This document shows positions 1-13,277 of a stretch of 64,000 nt of DNA, in pieces. Every line of letters begins with the position of its first letter. Positions within the stretch are counted from its first letter, which is position 1. The position numbers and the translations under genes were made by a program. The stretch is from the human T2T-CHM13v2.0 reference genome, Homo sapiens. A model generated the notes under the pieces. The model did not search any database. It worked only from the letters and a program-made list of their open reading frames with translations, and was not told the DNA's origin. The stretch lies in assembly GCF_009914755.1 (NCBI RefSeq), contig NC_060946.1; one strand, written 5' to 3'.

Positions 1-1085
1 AGTCCTGAGGCCGAGGTGCTCTAGGAGGGGCACAATGTGAGGTGACAGGGCTCCCAGGGCCCAGGTTCTTCACCCAGGATGGCGGCCTGAGCCTCCTGCC
101 ACTCTCAGGGCCTTGTCCCTCCCTGTCCAGCAGTGTCCTGGGGAGCTGAGCCCTCTATCGTGGGCACTTCCAGATACACCCGACCCCTCCTGCCTCTGCC
201 TTTCCTTCCAGCTCCAGGTGGACTCTGACTCAGGGCGCAGCTCCTGTGCTCAGGGGAGATTCAGGTGGGTGGCGTGAAGCATTTTGGGGCCCTGGTCCCT
301 GCATGAGGCATCACCAGCCTCCTTCAGGAGATGCTGTCCAGAGGAACAGGGCTTCTCACCTGCCTCAGGCCACAGCTCTCACCACGGGGCTGTCCTTTGA
401 TCAGTGGCAGGATCTGCATGGCTGGAGGGACTACTGACCACATGCTCTCTGGAGCTCATGTCTTGTGTGGAGACCATGACCTGGGGACCCTCAGAAAGAC
501 CAAGCAGCCTAAAGTTAGATTTTCAGTCCAGTGTGATTCTCTGGTTCTTTTCGCAAGTTTACGTAAAACGTTGATGAGAAAAAGTGAATAAATAAAGGAA
601 GAGTTGAGGATGGCAATTGCTGGTCTACTGTGGGGCTGGGGGATACCATGGAAAGAGCAGCACCACATGTCAAATGAGACTAGAGATTGGGATGCATCCG
701 AAATATGTGTGGTTGCTCAAATGACAAAACTCTTCCAACTGCAATGATTCATAAGTGTCCTACAGACACAGTACATCATGTACATAACATTACCAGGATG
801 GGGCCAAGTGACTCGGGGGTATCCGGAGCAGGGATGAAAGAGGAGAAAGATGATGCATCTTTGGTGTACTTGCTGCTGAGTCAGGCGTCATCAGTGATTT
901 CTCAACAGGGCCCAGCTCAGCCCCAGGCCAGGCTCCTGGAAGGTCCATAGTCCTGCTCAATGCAGCCCAGGACAGGCCACATGACACAGAGGTTTGAGAC
1001 AGGGACCATGTTGTCAATCCCCAGGACGGTGACTGTGATCACAGGCCTTGGAGGCCAAGGCTGATTTTCTGACTGGAGAAGCAGA
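1..1085 (+). repeat. Segmental duplication, copy of ~43125-44185 (5' flank of IGLV3-22 vs IGLV3-16)
   Basis: Shared strings e.g. gaggtgctctaggagggg, ggttcttcacccaggatggcggcctgagcctcctgccactctcaggg. Confidence 0.88.
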
Positions 1086-1185
1086 CGAAGGAAGCTGGGG
1101 ATTCACCCCTTCATTTTAAGTTTCTCATGCTGCCCCCAGAGCTGGCTTGAGGGATATCCCGCCATGAGGAGTCCCAGAGAAGTAA

Positions 1186-1193
1186 ATTTGCAT
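1186..1193 (+). promoter_or_regulatory. Ig promoter octamer ATTTGCAT (IGLV3-22)
   Basis: Exact octamer ~107 bp upstream of the leader ATG, followed by TATA-like AATAAGAG. Confidence 0.9.
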
Positions 1194-1299
1194 AAACACC
1201 AAGGATGCACTGCCCCAGTGGGCCTGAGAGGAAATAAGAGAGGCCTGGGAAGCCCAGCTGTGCTGTGGGCTCAGGAGGCAGAGCTGTGGGTGTCTCACC

Positions 1300-1789
1300 A
1301 TGGCATGGGCCACACTCCTGCTCCCACTCCTCAACCTCTACACAGGTGCTGCCCCCAGACCCTGCCCCAGGCTCAGCCCTCCTAAGCCCCTGGTCTTACC
1401 CTGAACCCTGAGCTCAGCCCAGGCATAGCCTCAGGGCGATACTACTGGAATGGGTTTGTTATCTTCAAGCCCCCTCTCTTGTCCTCTCTTGCAGGCTCTG
1501 TTGCCTCCTATGAGCTGACACAGCTACCCTCGGTGTCAGTGTCCCCAGGACAGACAGCCAGGATCACCTGCTCTGGAGATGTACTGGGGGAAAATTATGC
1601 TGACTGGTACCAGCAGAAGCCAGGCCAGGCCCCTGAGTTGGTGATATACGAAGATAGTGAGCGGTACCCTGGAATCCCTGAACGATTCTCTGGGTCCACC
1701 TCAGGGAACACGACCACCCTGACCATCAGCAGGGTCCTGACCGAAGACGAGGCTGACTATTACTGTTTGTCTGGGGATGAGGACAATCC
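1300..1789 (+). CDS. IGLV3-22: Ig lambda V gene segment, subgroup 3 (leader 1300-1345, intron 1346-1494, V exon 1495-1789); open frame, non-canonical heptamer
   Basis: Leader [16 protein letters not shown]; GT/AG intron; [41 protein letters not shown]...EDSERYP...[12 protein letters not shown]. Confidence 0.93.
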
Positions 1790-1828
1790 CTCAGTGACAC
1801 AGGCAGATGGGGAAGTGAGACACAAACT
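1790..1828 (+). other. 23-RSS of IGLV3-22 (CTCAGTG - 23 bp - ACACAAACT)
   Basis: Spacer counted as 23 nt; heptamer position 2 A>T. Confidence 0.9.
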
Positions 1829-4800
1829 CCTTTTTCATCTGTGTTGTGTTCTTCCTCCAGCACCAGGAAGACTGTGGACCAAGCAATGAGCAGGTCTGGC
1901 CAAGTTCTACTGGATCTGAGACCTCCAGGCCATCCTTTTTTCCAGCTGTCCAGGTTGGCTCTGCAGAGGGTGGAGCAGGAGTGGATTTAAGGCTGCTATA
2001 ATCAGAATTTATGGTGTTTTGGGGCCTCATGAGTGACTTGGGGAAATAAGAACTGGATGGAAGATGAAAGAGATGTAGAGAACCATCACTTGACCTTAGA
2101 TTTCCATACGATGGTGATTGGGTCACTCCTTCTTCAAAATATCCTACATCAGTCCCGAAAAATACCCACCTCAGCTCAACACCTGAGCTTCCAGGCTTCC
2201 ATGGCAGCCTGGGATTTTGAACAGGAAAAGCCAAGGAGGGGACACTGTGGCATCTGCCTCAATACCCTTTTCTGAGCTCACCCAACCTCAACTGCTGGGA
2301 GCTTCTAGGAGCTCAGAGCTGTGCCCTCACTGGGAAGTGCTATTAGCTCCAAAGAAAACTTCCTTCCTCATATTTAGGCCCAGTTTTGAGAGTTTTGGTT
2401 TGATGACTGCCTGAGCCAAGAACCCAAGGCCCTGTCCTAATAGAGGATGACACTGAAAGGCCTTCCAGATCCAGACATCCCAGTATGGATGCCTGAGGCC
2501 TCAGTTGCAACCCTATTGTGGGTCAGGGTCTCCTTCTGGTGGGCGATGCCTCCCTCACTCCTTCCAGATCCTCTGTGCATGCACATCTTTTTCTCAGAGT
2601 CTACTTCCAGGAAACCCAAACTAAGATGGCTGGCTATCACCAAAATAAACTACCATAGACCTGAGGTGGAAACACCAGCGAATTTCCCAAATTTCCATTG
2701 TGAACATCCAAATGCCCATTTATATCTGAGTGTTCCTTGTATTCTTATAAAATGAAAATGGAGCCTGACATACCAGGTTTTTGGAGTCCTGAAGGAGATG
2801 TGGAGACAGATCCTTCTGCAAGGAATCCACCGAAAGGGGAGCAGCCTCACCCCATGCAGGGGCTGGAGATGCTCCCACAGGGGCAGCTGTAGCATGGACG
2901 CTACCAACCTCCACCCTGCACATCCTGCACAAACAATCACTCTTTCACCCCTCCTTCAGCTTATCAAAGTTGACACTTACGAAGCCAGCACAGCTCACCC
3001 TTGTCAATCAGACTCCTTCAAACCTCCATCAACCACACAATCTCAACATAAAGAATCTCCCCAACATAATAATAGGAACAGTAGCTATGAAAATGGCTAT
3101 AAAATATCTCATAAATAATTTTAGATTGTGTTCATGTGTAAATATTATTTTTCACACTTTGGGTTAAATAAAATATATTACTGAAACTAGTTTACCTTTT
3201 TATTTTTTATGTCTAGTATGGTGACTAGACAGTAGGATTCACATGAGACTCACATCATGTGATTGTACAATGCTGGTCTTGTCTTACCCCTTGAGGTGGC
3301 AGGTGCTTTGGAGTAACCTGCTTCAGCAAGCCCCATCTCCACCCGTAGGACATATGTGTGAAGCCATGGAGAGGCACTGGTGGAAGAGAAATGAGAACAC
3401 AGATGTGGACCAGCTGTTTATGCAGGTGACTGAGTCCTGGAGCCCTGATCCTGTTCTAACCTAGATGTGTCACATCCATCTCACCAGAGACCGCTGCTGG
3501 CCTGCCTTAGCTCATAACTGGGGGGATCTGGCAGTTCATGAAACATGGTCGCTTGATGTCCAGTGTTATCCTGTCTCTCTCAGGGCCCAATAAGACAAAA
3601 GGAGCTGCTTTTAGAAAGGGAAGTAACACTCTACTGCACATGACATGGCCTTATTCCAAAACCCCATGAGTCTACGTTGGGATTCTCCAGTGGGGTTTGC
3701 CATGTACAGGAGGTTTCAGTTCCCACAGTAGAGTCAGCTGGATTCTCTGGACCCAACAGCAGGACACTCACAACCCTGCCTGCACCTGCTGCAGAGCCTC
3801 AATGCTCTGGGCCTGGAAAACAATGGGTGATATTTGTGGCTCCTGATATATGGGTTGGAGCCACATCCCCAAGTGTAAAATATGCTACTCCTAGACCTTT
3901 ATAGACCTTGTGTCTGTTTCTTCCTGGAGGGAATTGAAGGGTATAATAACATGTTCTTTAATTTGTAGGAGACTCTCAGCTGCTCCAGACAACTGAAGTC
4001 CCAATTTCTGCTAATACAGAAGAGGGAACAGTTTATTTCCCACTCTTAAAAGTGCATGGATCTCACAAAAGCTTCCAGTAGGCCATGCCCATCATGTATA
4101 TGTGATTCAACTATGATATCAAGATGGTCTGAACCCTCATGATGATATCATGATAGAGATAAGAGAGCTAATGATGCTGGGCAGAGAAAGTGTGAATGTA
4201 TACTGTCGTCCATTCCACCTGAATGCACACTGATTCTGATCCTATTCTCTGAGGGAAATAGACAAGACCTCAGTATCTGCTTCAGTGAGGTAACTGTGCA
4301 CCTGCAGCCATAGCATTCTGTTCCCAGAGATCCCCATCTGGCACAGATATTGCTAATGCCACTATTGCCCATCTGGGTCTGTACAAATCCAAATTCATCT
4401 TCCAGGATCATTCAACTATTGTAGAGATCAGTCCAGTAAACTGAAAACAAAACCCCAGAAGTAATCACACGTACTGCGGGAGAGGAGAGAGCTGTCTCAG
4501 AGGGCACAGTCTTGTTGAAATTCCTCTGCTCCTTGGGAAGAAACAGCCCAGAAAAGGCCCCAGGGGCTGCGTCTCATCTGGGTTCCTGGATGAGGCACAC
4601 CCCCTACTGCACTGAGATTCCACAGAAGCTGGGGGTGAAGTGCAAATACCGTCTTTGGTTCATCCTTGGGATTTTCTTTTTATCACACACTCGTCATTTT
4701 GTCCACAATGTCCAAAGTTTCTAAAGTGCTGTCTAATAGATAGAGGTTCTTTGTGCGCTGAACTAAAAGCTCTTGGGTTGGACAATGGTGATGTTTGCAC

Positions 4801-7800
4801 AACATTTTTACTGTACTTACTGCCGCTTAATTACACACTTAAAAATGATTAAAAGGATGAAACATTTTGTTATGTTTATTTTACCATAATAAAAATATTG
4901 CATGCTCAGGAAGCAAAGTAATTTTGCAATTATACAACTGTTAAAAATGGAAGAATTATGTACTGAGCACCATTTTCTCTGTTGTTTATGCTACAATTCA
5001 ACTTTCTCTCTCTCTCACTCTTTCTCTAATTAGCAATGATCTTCTGTCTGGTCCAAGGTCACACATTTCCAGTCTTCCAGAAATGTCTGTTGAATCTGTT
5101 AATTTGTTGCCAGGAAGAATACTCAAACTTCTCATGCTCATATTTGAGTGTTAGCTGTCTCCAGCCAGCATTTCTAAGCCAGACCCTTTGTCAAGGCTTT
5201 TGAATAATTTTGTGAAAAGTACCCCCAAAGATGACAGTGTTCACTGTTGGCAGCAGGACTGTTTCCATGCAGTAGGGCTATGCTGGGTGTGCAGTGGAGC
5301 TGTGCACACTGTGCTCACGGGGCAGATTCTGTGCTGCTGACTCTGATCCCTGTGCTTGGGAGGACCGTGTCCACTGCTGAGTCTACATCTGAATTTGATT
5401 CTCAAGAAAAAGGTCATTCATAGCTATTGGACACTGAGTCACATAGAGGGACAGAAGGTGGCTGAGGACACCTTATCTCTGATGAGCATAAGGGGATTAG
5501 ATCTGCTGGTGGAACAGGAAGCTGAAGAAACCTGTGGCTCTAAACATGGAATTTCCAGCCCTGAGTCTCTGCTGTCCGTGCCCCTCTCATCTGTATGTTC
5601 CTGGGAGATGTGGACCACGGGGGTTAGAGGTGAAGGGGATTGGGAAGCTTTCATGTTCTCTCTCACCATCTCCCTTGCTTATCTAACACACTCTTACACA
5701 CCTACTTTATTGGAGCTTCTGCTCTACAAACATGGCTGAGCTCTAAATTAGAGACTTTTGAAAGTGCAGACGGATGCAGGAACTCGTCCATCTGGAGACT
5801 TTCCACCACTTGAAGCAGTGAACACGTCTGTGCAAGGCTCAGAATTTCAAGTGACAGGATGTTGGGATTTCAAAGAAAACTAAATCTTTGGATGAACCAC
5901 GACAGAAGAGGGAAGGTTCACACATTTCCCTGCTGCTTGGGCCTCAGTGAGGACTGACTCAGCCAGTCTCAGGCTCCTGGAGACCGCCTGGGAGATCTGC
6001 ACTAGGAAACCATTTTCAGCACAGCCTGGGGCTGGTAAGGGGCCCTTACTCTGTTATTCTGCTGCCTGATAATTTTGCATCCAGAGAAGAATTAGGACCT
6101 GTGAGTCCAGGAATTTCAAAGCCCATAGACAAGGTCCCCTCATTCTGCCGTGACAGCCTCAGCTCTGCTTTCCCAAAAAAAGAGCATCTTCCCAGCATGA
6201 AGAACCAGGAGCAAAGAGGGAGCTTCTCCCAGGGGTGAGCAGGGCAGAAGCCACCTTGGTCAGTGGGAAGGAAACATGCTCAGCTCACATCTGACCCAGA
6301 ATGACTCAGTCACACCTGTGCAGGGTCACCTGTGTGTGAGCATCATCTATTTGCTCCATGAGAAAATACCTTGTGTGGCTCTTGGGTAAAATCATACCAT
6401 AGGTGACATTTCTCTGCCTATTGCTTCAGCCGATGCTTTTCGTGATTCCCTTTAGGACACTGGCATAAGGTAAGCATGTCAGGTGTGGGACGTATTGAAC
6501 AGGAAAAGCAGAGGCTTCTCATATCAATGCTCGTGGCTTGTATTTGGGCCCATACCTCATGGAAATGGGAAAAACAGAAAAGAAAATGATACTCTGCTCA
6601 AAAAAGCACTGAGAAATGCTATAGTATTAATATATCGACAACTCATTTATTGAGCTAATGAAATATTAACATAGATAGATCATTTTTATAGGGGGATCCC
6701 TAATCCTTAAACATTATATTAAAAATTTGTCAGCTTAAAGGATCATTAAAAGGCCTATGTTTGATTGAAACCTGGAGTACTGTACTTTGAGTCTTCTAAT
6801 CAGCCAATGAGTGCAGGGAGCTGGCTGCCCTCCCAGGTCCTGACTGGCTCCATGTCCAGGTAGAGCAGCGCTCCCCACAGGCAGCTGGAGGAACTGACGA
6901 GGGGAAGCTGTTGGCATCAGGGCCTCAAAAATTTGACTCAGGATTTTCCCACGTCCCCTCCCCAAGTCCAGGCGGGTTCCAGGACACTCAGAAGAGCTCA
7001 TCATTATGGGTCTAGGACTTCCCTGGTCCTGCTCTTCTTTCTTCCTTCCCCAGTGGCCTTAAGATTGTCACTCCCTGTCACAGGCCCTTCCTTTCCTTGT
7101 CAAGTGCACTCCCTGAATTCTCTGCTCCTGGGTCAGGAAAGCTCTGGAACTTCAGGGAAAGCAGTGCTGGGTGACCCAATGGGGACCCAGAAAGCTGGCC
7201 CAGGGCCAGATACACAGGCAGCAGGGTGGGTCCCTACAGTGCTGCCTGGTGGGCATCAGGTAGAGGGGAGTGACCAGGACCAACTCCCCTGAGTGTCTTC
7301 AGGGCCAGGTGAACTAGGGAGGGTCTGGGACCTGGTGTGGACCCATGCACTGACCCAGGAATAGGACAGGAAACTCCTCAGAGCAAGGACTGTGTTTTCC
7401 TCATGCTGAGCTCCTGAAAAGCAGTCTTGCCAGGATAGAGTGGGCCAGGGTGGATATATGTTGGGTGAATGAGCTTCTGTCTCTGTTTTATTGCAGGAGT
7501 CACTACGAAGGTACGCTGGCCCTGTATTTGTATCCAGAACCAGTCAAAGCCACCTGTGAGTCCTGCATCCCTCAGTACCAAGCCCCAGTCCCCCTTCAGG
7601 ACCACCCACCACACAGAGAGACAGACGTGCAGGGAGCCTGAGGAAGAACCTGAAACCTCCTCTACTACATGGAGTGTTTGTATTTCCATCAGGAATCTTG
7701 AGCACCTTGTGCCGGGTCTTGAGGCAGGAAGGGGCCACACAGAGAAGAGGAGTTTCTTCCCTGAGGTCAGCAGTCCATGAACGAAGGGATCAGGGACTTG

Positions 7801-7866
7801 AGCAGCAGATTCTGAAGCAACACCTGGACCCAGGAGGCCCCTGAGCCTCCAGCAGCCCGCGTAGAG

Positions 7867-7885
7867 TGGCCACCAGGGGGCAGCA
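7867..7885 (+). promoter_or_regulatory. Candidate CTCF site TGGCCACCAGGGGGCAGCA
   Basis: Near-perfect match to the CTCF core consensus; paralog at 50732. Confidence 0.75.
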
Positions 7886-9287
7886 GAGAGTAACCTGGCA
7901 GAAGCACCTGGAGATGGGGTGGGCCTGGGCATCAGGGAGATGCCCACATGCAGGGAGGGTCGGTGACCATGACCTGAGATCTGGAGGGAAAGAGGTTCTT
8001 CTTTTCTTAGAGTATTTGTCCTTGACACCGATGTTTACATTCTTCTGGCTTCCTGGTTCTCAGATCTGACTCTTGGAGATGATCCTTATTTTTCTGACAC
8101 ACATTCAGGCACTTTGCCTCTTCCCATCGACCTGGCCCCCATCTCACTGTCACACATGCCATCCCATCCTGTAGTCAGACGTGTCCCACCTCCCTGCCTT
8201 TGCTCTGGGAGCCCCTGTCCTGCAGACACAGCCACTTCTCCTTCCCTGGCCACCCCTCAACGTCCACTGTCCCCGGTCTTTCCTGACTCTGTTCTGGGGA
8301 ACCTGCCAATTCGTAGTTCTTGATTTCCTTATGAGACACACAATACTTACTCATTAATCTTTTGTTGACTTAAGTTTTTATCCATTGTTACATTTTCCCA
8401 GCAACAGAAGACAACTTAGTTATAATAAACACTTACTTCCTGGGTCTTGGAGTTTGCAGCCCCCTCTCATTTTCTCATGAAGCAAACATTTCCTTCACCT
8501 CCTGATCTGTCCCTGGTCCTGACAGCACCCTGGTGATACTGAGGCACAGCACCCATGACCTGACACTAGAACTCGCAGCCAAGGTAGAAACTTACCGCAT
8601 CCCATGGATCTTCCAAAATTCTATGTGCCCTTGGCAACCAAGAATTGCATTCTCCTCTAGCACAGAGGAGCTGTGCCCTGGAATGGGGCCTGTACCTGTC
8701 CAAGGCTTGTGCCGTCCCCTGTGGGAGATGAGAAGCGTCCCTGCATTGGGCTCTTGGGGACCCGTCTTGGACATGAGTGAGAATGAAGAGGGTCCCTGCA
8801 TTGGGCTCTGGCATGTGACTTTAAATGGATTTAGGCCTGTACCAGACATCTCATGTCTGACATAAAATATTTACAATCAGGACATTACTAGAGAAGCAGA
8901 AAAAAGCTAACCACCTCCCTCCTGAGCCAGGATGGAATGAAGGAGGGGACTGTGGACCCCAGATAATTCCCCTGTCACCACTGTGACTCTAACAACCTCT
9001 TAAATCACGGCCAACATCTATCCCATAGGAAGGTCTTTATATCCCCTAGAAAATACAGAGGAAGTCAGCTCTGAGCTTTTCCACGACCAACCCAGCCAAG
9101 GAGCAAGGCTGGGCACAACCTGGGTAAAGATGTGAGCCCAGACCATGGGACCAGTGGGTGAAGGAAAATCGCATGGGCTGAGGGGGTGGGTAAGCAGGGG
9201 CCAGCCCTCCTCTCTCTGTTTCCTTTGGGGCTGAGTCCTTCTCTGGAAACCACAGATCTCCTCCAGCAGCAGCCTCTGACTCTGCTG

Positions 9288-9295
9288 ATTTGCAT
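9288..9295 (+). promoter_or_regulatory. Ig promoter octamer (IGLV3-21)
   Basis: ATTTGCAT ~95 bp upstream of ATG. Confidence 0.9.
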
Positions 9296-9389
9296 CATGG
9301 GCCGCTCTCTCCAGCAAGGGGATAAGAGAGGCCTGGGAGGAACCTGCTCAGTCTGGGCCTAAGGAAGCAGCACTGGTGGTGCCTCAGCC

Positions 9390-10267
<878 letters not shown>

Positions 10268-12243
10268 TGAGTGAATCTGGCCCAGTTCACCTGGATCTGA
10301 GCCTTTCAGGTTGCCCTTCCCTCCAGCCCCCTCCAGGAGTCTCTACAGAAGATACATCAGGCATAAATATGGCCTGGAAGGGCCAGAATCATCTGGTGAC
10401 TTGGGGCTGTTGTGTGAGTTAGAGAATGAAGGCTTGGGTGGAAAGACAGACAGAGGCAACCTCTGTCCACTGTCCTACCCCTGGATGGTCATATGGTGGG
10501 GACAGGGCAAGTCCTTAGACCAACTGTCTGGATCAGGCCCCAGAACTACTGCCCAGTTCTGCTGAGGTCCTGGCCCCCAGGCTGTGTGGCAGCCTGTGAT
10601 TCCCAACAGAGCAAACCAGAGGAATGGACACTGTGAAGTCTGCCCAGATCCCCTCCTCAATGTGACCCACCTGGCACTGCTGAGAAGCCCAGCAGCTCAG
10701 AGCTGTGCCCTCACTGGGAAGTGCTGTTGGTTGCAGAAAGCTTCCTCAAGTTTGTGTCCCTTTTCAGAGGGGTTCGGTTTAATCAACCAAGATCTCAAAT
10801 CCTTGCCTCAATTTAAGATGCCACTGAATGAAGGGCCTCCCAGCTCCAGAGCTCCCTGTGTGGATACCTGAGGCCTCAATGTCAACTCCATCATGAGTCA
10901 GGGTCTCCTTCTGCCCCGTGTTGCCTCCCCCACTCCCTTCTGAATCTTCTGTGCATGGACATCTCTATTGCAGAGTTAGCTTCCAGAGAACCCCATCTAA
11001 GATGGCCAGCTGTCCCCAACATGGGTCATCAGGGACCTGAGTAGGCCACTATAAACTGAAAACTCTGGTTTCTGTCCAAATTTGCAGAGTAAATGTTGAA
11101 ATGCCCAATCTGATGGTTCCTTGAATTTTTATGGAATGAAAAGGGAGCCTGACATGCCAGGTGCTCTGGGTTGAGGGATTGTTGGAGTCAGATCTCCCTG
11201 CAGGAAAGCCCGGGGCAGGGGGAGCAGCCTCACCCCTCACAGGAACCACAGATACACCCACAAGGTGAGCTGCAGGATGGATGCTGCCCACCTCCACCCT
11301 CCACATCCTCTGTAAATGTTGCTCCTTTCTACAACTCCAACCAGATATGTAGATGTGGCGAACTACGTAAAATACGGATCATTCATCACATCAAAACCCA
11401 CTGCAGGACACCCTGGTCAACAAAGAACCCAATCACATCCCCATCAACTACATAGTTTCCAAATTTTCCATCTCCAGAAAAATAACAATAACAATATACA
11501 TGAAAATCGATGTAATTTATCTCATACATAATTTCATGTTGATAACGTGAAAATGATAGTATTTTGCTCTACTGAAATAAATAAAATATATATATATATC
11601 TGAATTTATTTGTCTTATCTTTTCATATTTAATGTGGTGACTAGACACTAGGGGGTCACAGGAGGATCGTGTCATACCACTATGGGACAGAGCTCCTCAC
11701 AACTCTTTCAGGTGACAGGTACTGTTGAGTAACCTGCTGCAAGCATCCCCATCTCCACCAGACCATATAAGTGTGAACCCAGGAAGAGGCACTGGAACAA
11801 TAGAGAGAAAAACCTGCTTGTGCAGAAGACGGTGCCCTTGAGCCCTGCTCCTGCTCCATCCTACGGGTGCCACATTCATCTCATGGTGTAATATTTCGTG
11901 CCCTGCCTGAGCTTATGACCGAGGGGATATGGCAGGTCTGACTGTGTGGTTACTGGTGTCTCATGAGGTTCTGGATGTAACAAAGCCCTCGAATATAGAA
12001 GAGGTTGTTTTCAAAAGGAAATAATTATCTACTGCACATGACATAGACTTGTTGCTAAATCCCATGCGTCTACACTAGGATTCTCCTCTGAAGCCTTGCC
12101 TTAAGCACAAGGTTTCAGTTCCTATGTCCAGTTCCTCTATTATGGTAGAGTCTGCTAGTTTCTCTGGCCCAATAGCAGGACACTCACTCCCCCACCTGCA
12201 CCTGCTGCAGAGCCTTTCTACTCTTGGCCCCAAAACACTGGGT

Positions 12244-12453
12244 GACACAGTTCTCAGACCCATGATTTATAGTGTCAGTATTCAGGCCTCAGGGGTCCCT
12301 GATGGCTTCTCTGGCTCCAAGTCTGGAAACACAGCCTCCATGACCATCTCTGGGTTCCAGGCTGAGGATGAGGCTGATTATTACTGCAACTCACATAGGA
12401 GAGGTGGCACTTTCCACCGTGGTCCAAGTTCATGGGGAATTGAGACCCAAACC
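12244..12453 (+). pseudogene. IGLV(I)-20: 5'-truncated IGLV2-like V pseudogene (FR2 end to RSS CACCGTG-23-ACCCAAACC)
   Basis: [45 protein letters not shown]; no leader, FR1 or CDR1; name from its position between 3-21 and 3-19. Confidence 0.85.
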
Positions 12454-12980
12454 TGCCCTGGGCTCTCAGCCTCTCTCTTGTTCTGAAGATGCTTCCTCAC
12501 CCTGTGCAAGGGGCTTCTTGCAGCACTGCCTTGAGAATTTCCCCTCTCCCAGCTCCTCTCCTTTCTCACCAGGAAGTCCAAAAGGAAACCTGCTCTGTGA
12601 TTTCTCATCCAGGACAGTGACAGCTTCCTGATGCTTGTGTGCTGTGGTCCCTGAATGTGCAACTCTTCCTAGCTCTTCAAATGCAGGCACATAGTGAGAA
12701 AAGCTGCCTGACTGGTGCATTCACTGCTGTTTTTAAGGATGTCCTCACCCAAAATGCATCCTCCTCCCAAATTGTGAAGAACAATCTGGACAGAGGTCAT
12801 TACAGGGAGTTTCAAGAAACTGCATCTTATTCAATTGTGTCCACCATGGTCTGGTAAAGATGGCCCTCCTGGATGGACTATTCCTCTGCATGTCTGTCCT
12901 GAAGCAGTGACCACTGTGAGAAGATCTGAACATGTTTGTGAGGTATTAAGGACGAGAGGAAACTGTTGTTTTTATTATTC

Positions 12981-13277
12981 TTTTGTTTTTGTTTTTGAAA
13001 CAAACTTTTGCTTTGTCGCCAGGCTGGAGTGCAGTGGCAGAATCTTGGCTTACTGAAATCTCAGCCTCCCAGGCTCTACCAATGCTCCCTGCCTCAGCCT
13101 CCCGAAGAGCTGGGATAACAGGTGACCACCACCATGCCTGGCTGATTTTTGTATATTTAGTAGAGACGGGATTTCACCATGTTGGCCAGGCTGGTCTTGA
13201 ACTCCTGATCTCAGGTGATGCACCCACCTCGGCCTCTCAAAGGGATGGGAATACACACAGGAGCCACTGCATCTGGC
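12981..13277 (-). mobile_element. Alu (AluS-like)
   Basis: T-rich head, ccaggctggagtgcagtggc...ggccaggctggtcttgaactcctga. Confidence 0.93.

Larger units (their letters stand above)
1131..5930 (+). repeat. Segmental duplication, copy of ~58783-64000 (IGLV3-22 unit vs IGLV3-13 unit)
   Basis: Colinear similarity over the V gene and 4 kb of 3' flank; near-identical spurious ORFs (4148 vs 62222, 4512 vs 62586, 5356 vs 63443). Confidence 0.93.

Noticed and set aside
4148-5739. ORFs conserved with 62222-63826
   Set aside because: Explained by recent segmental duplication rather than coding constraint
7378-8028. 216-aa minus-strand ORF, the longest in the window
   Set aside because: No recognisable domain; the paralogous sequence at ~50480-50890 does not keep the frame
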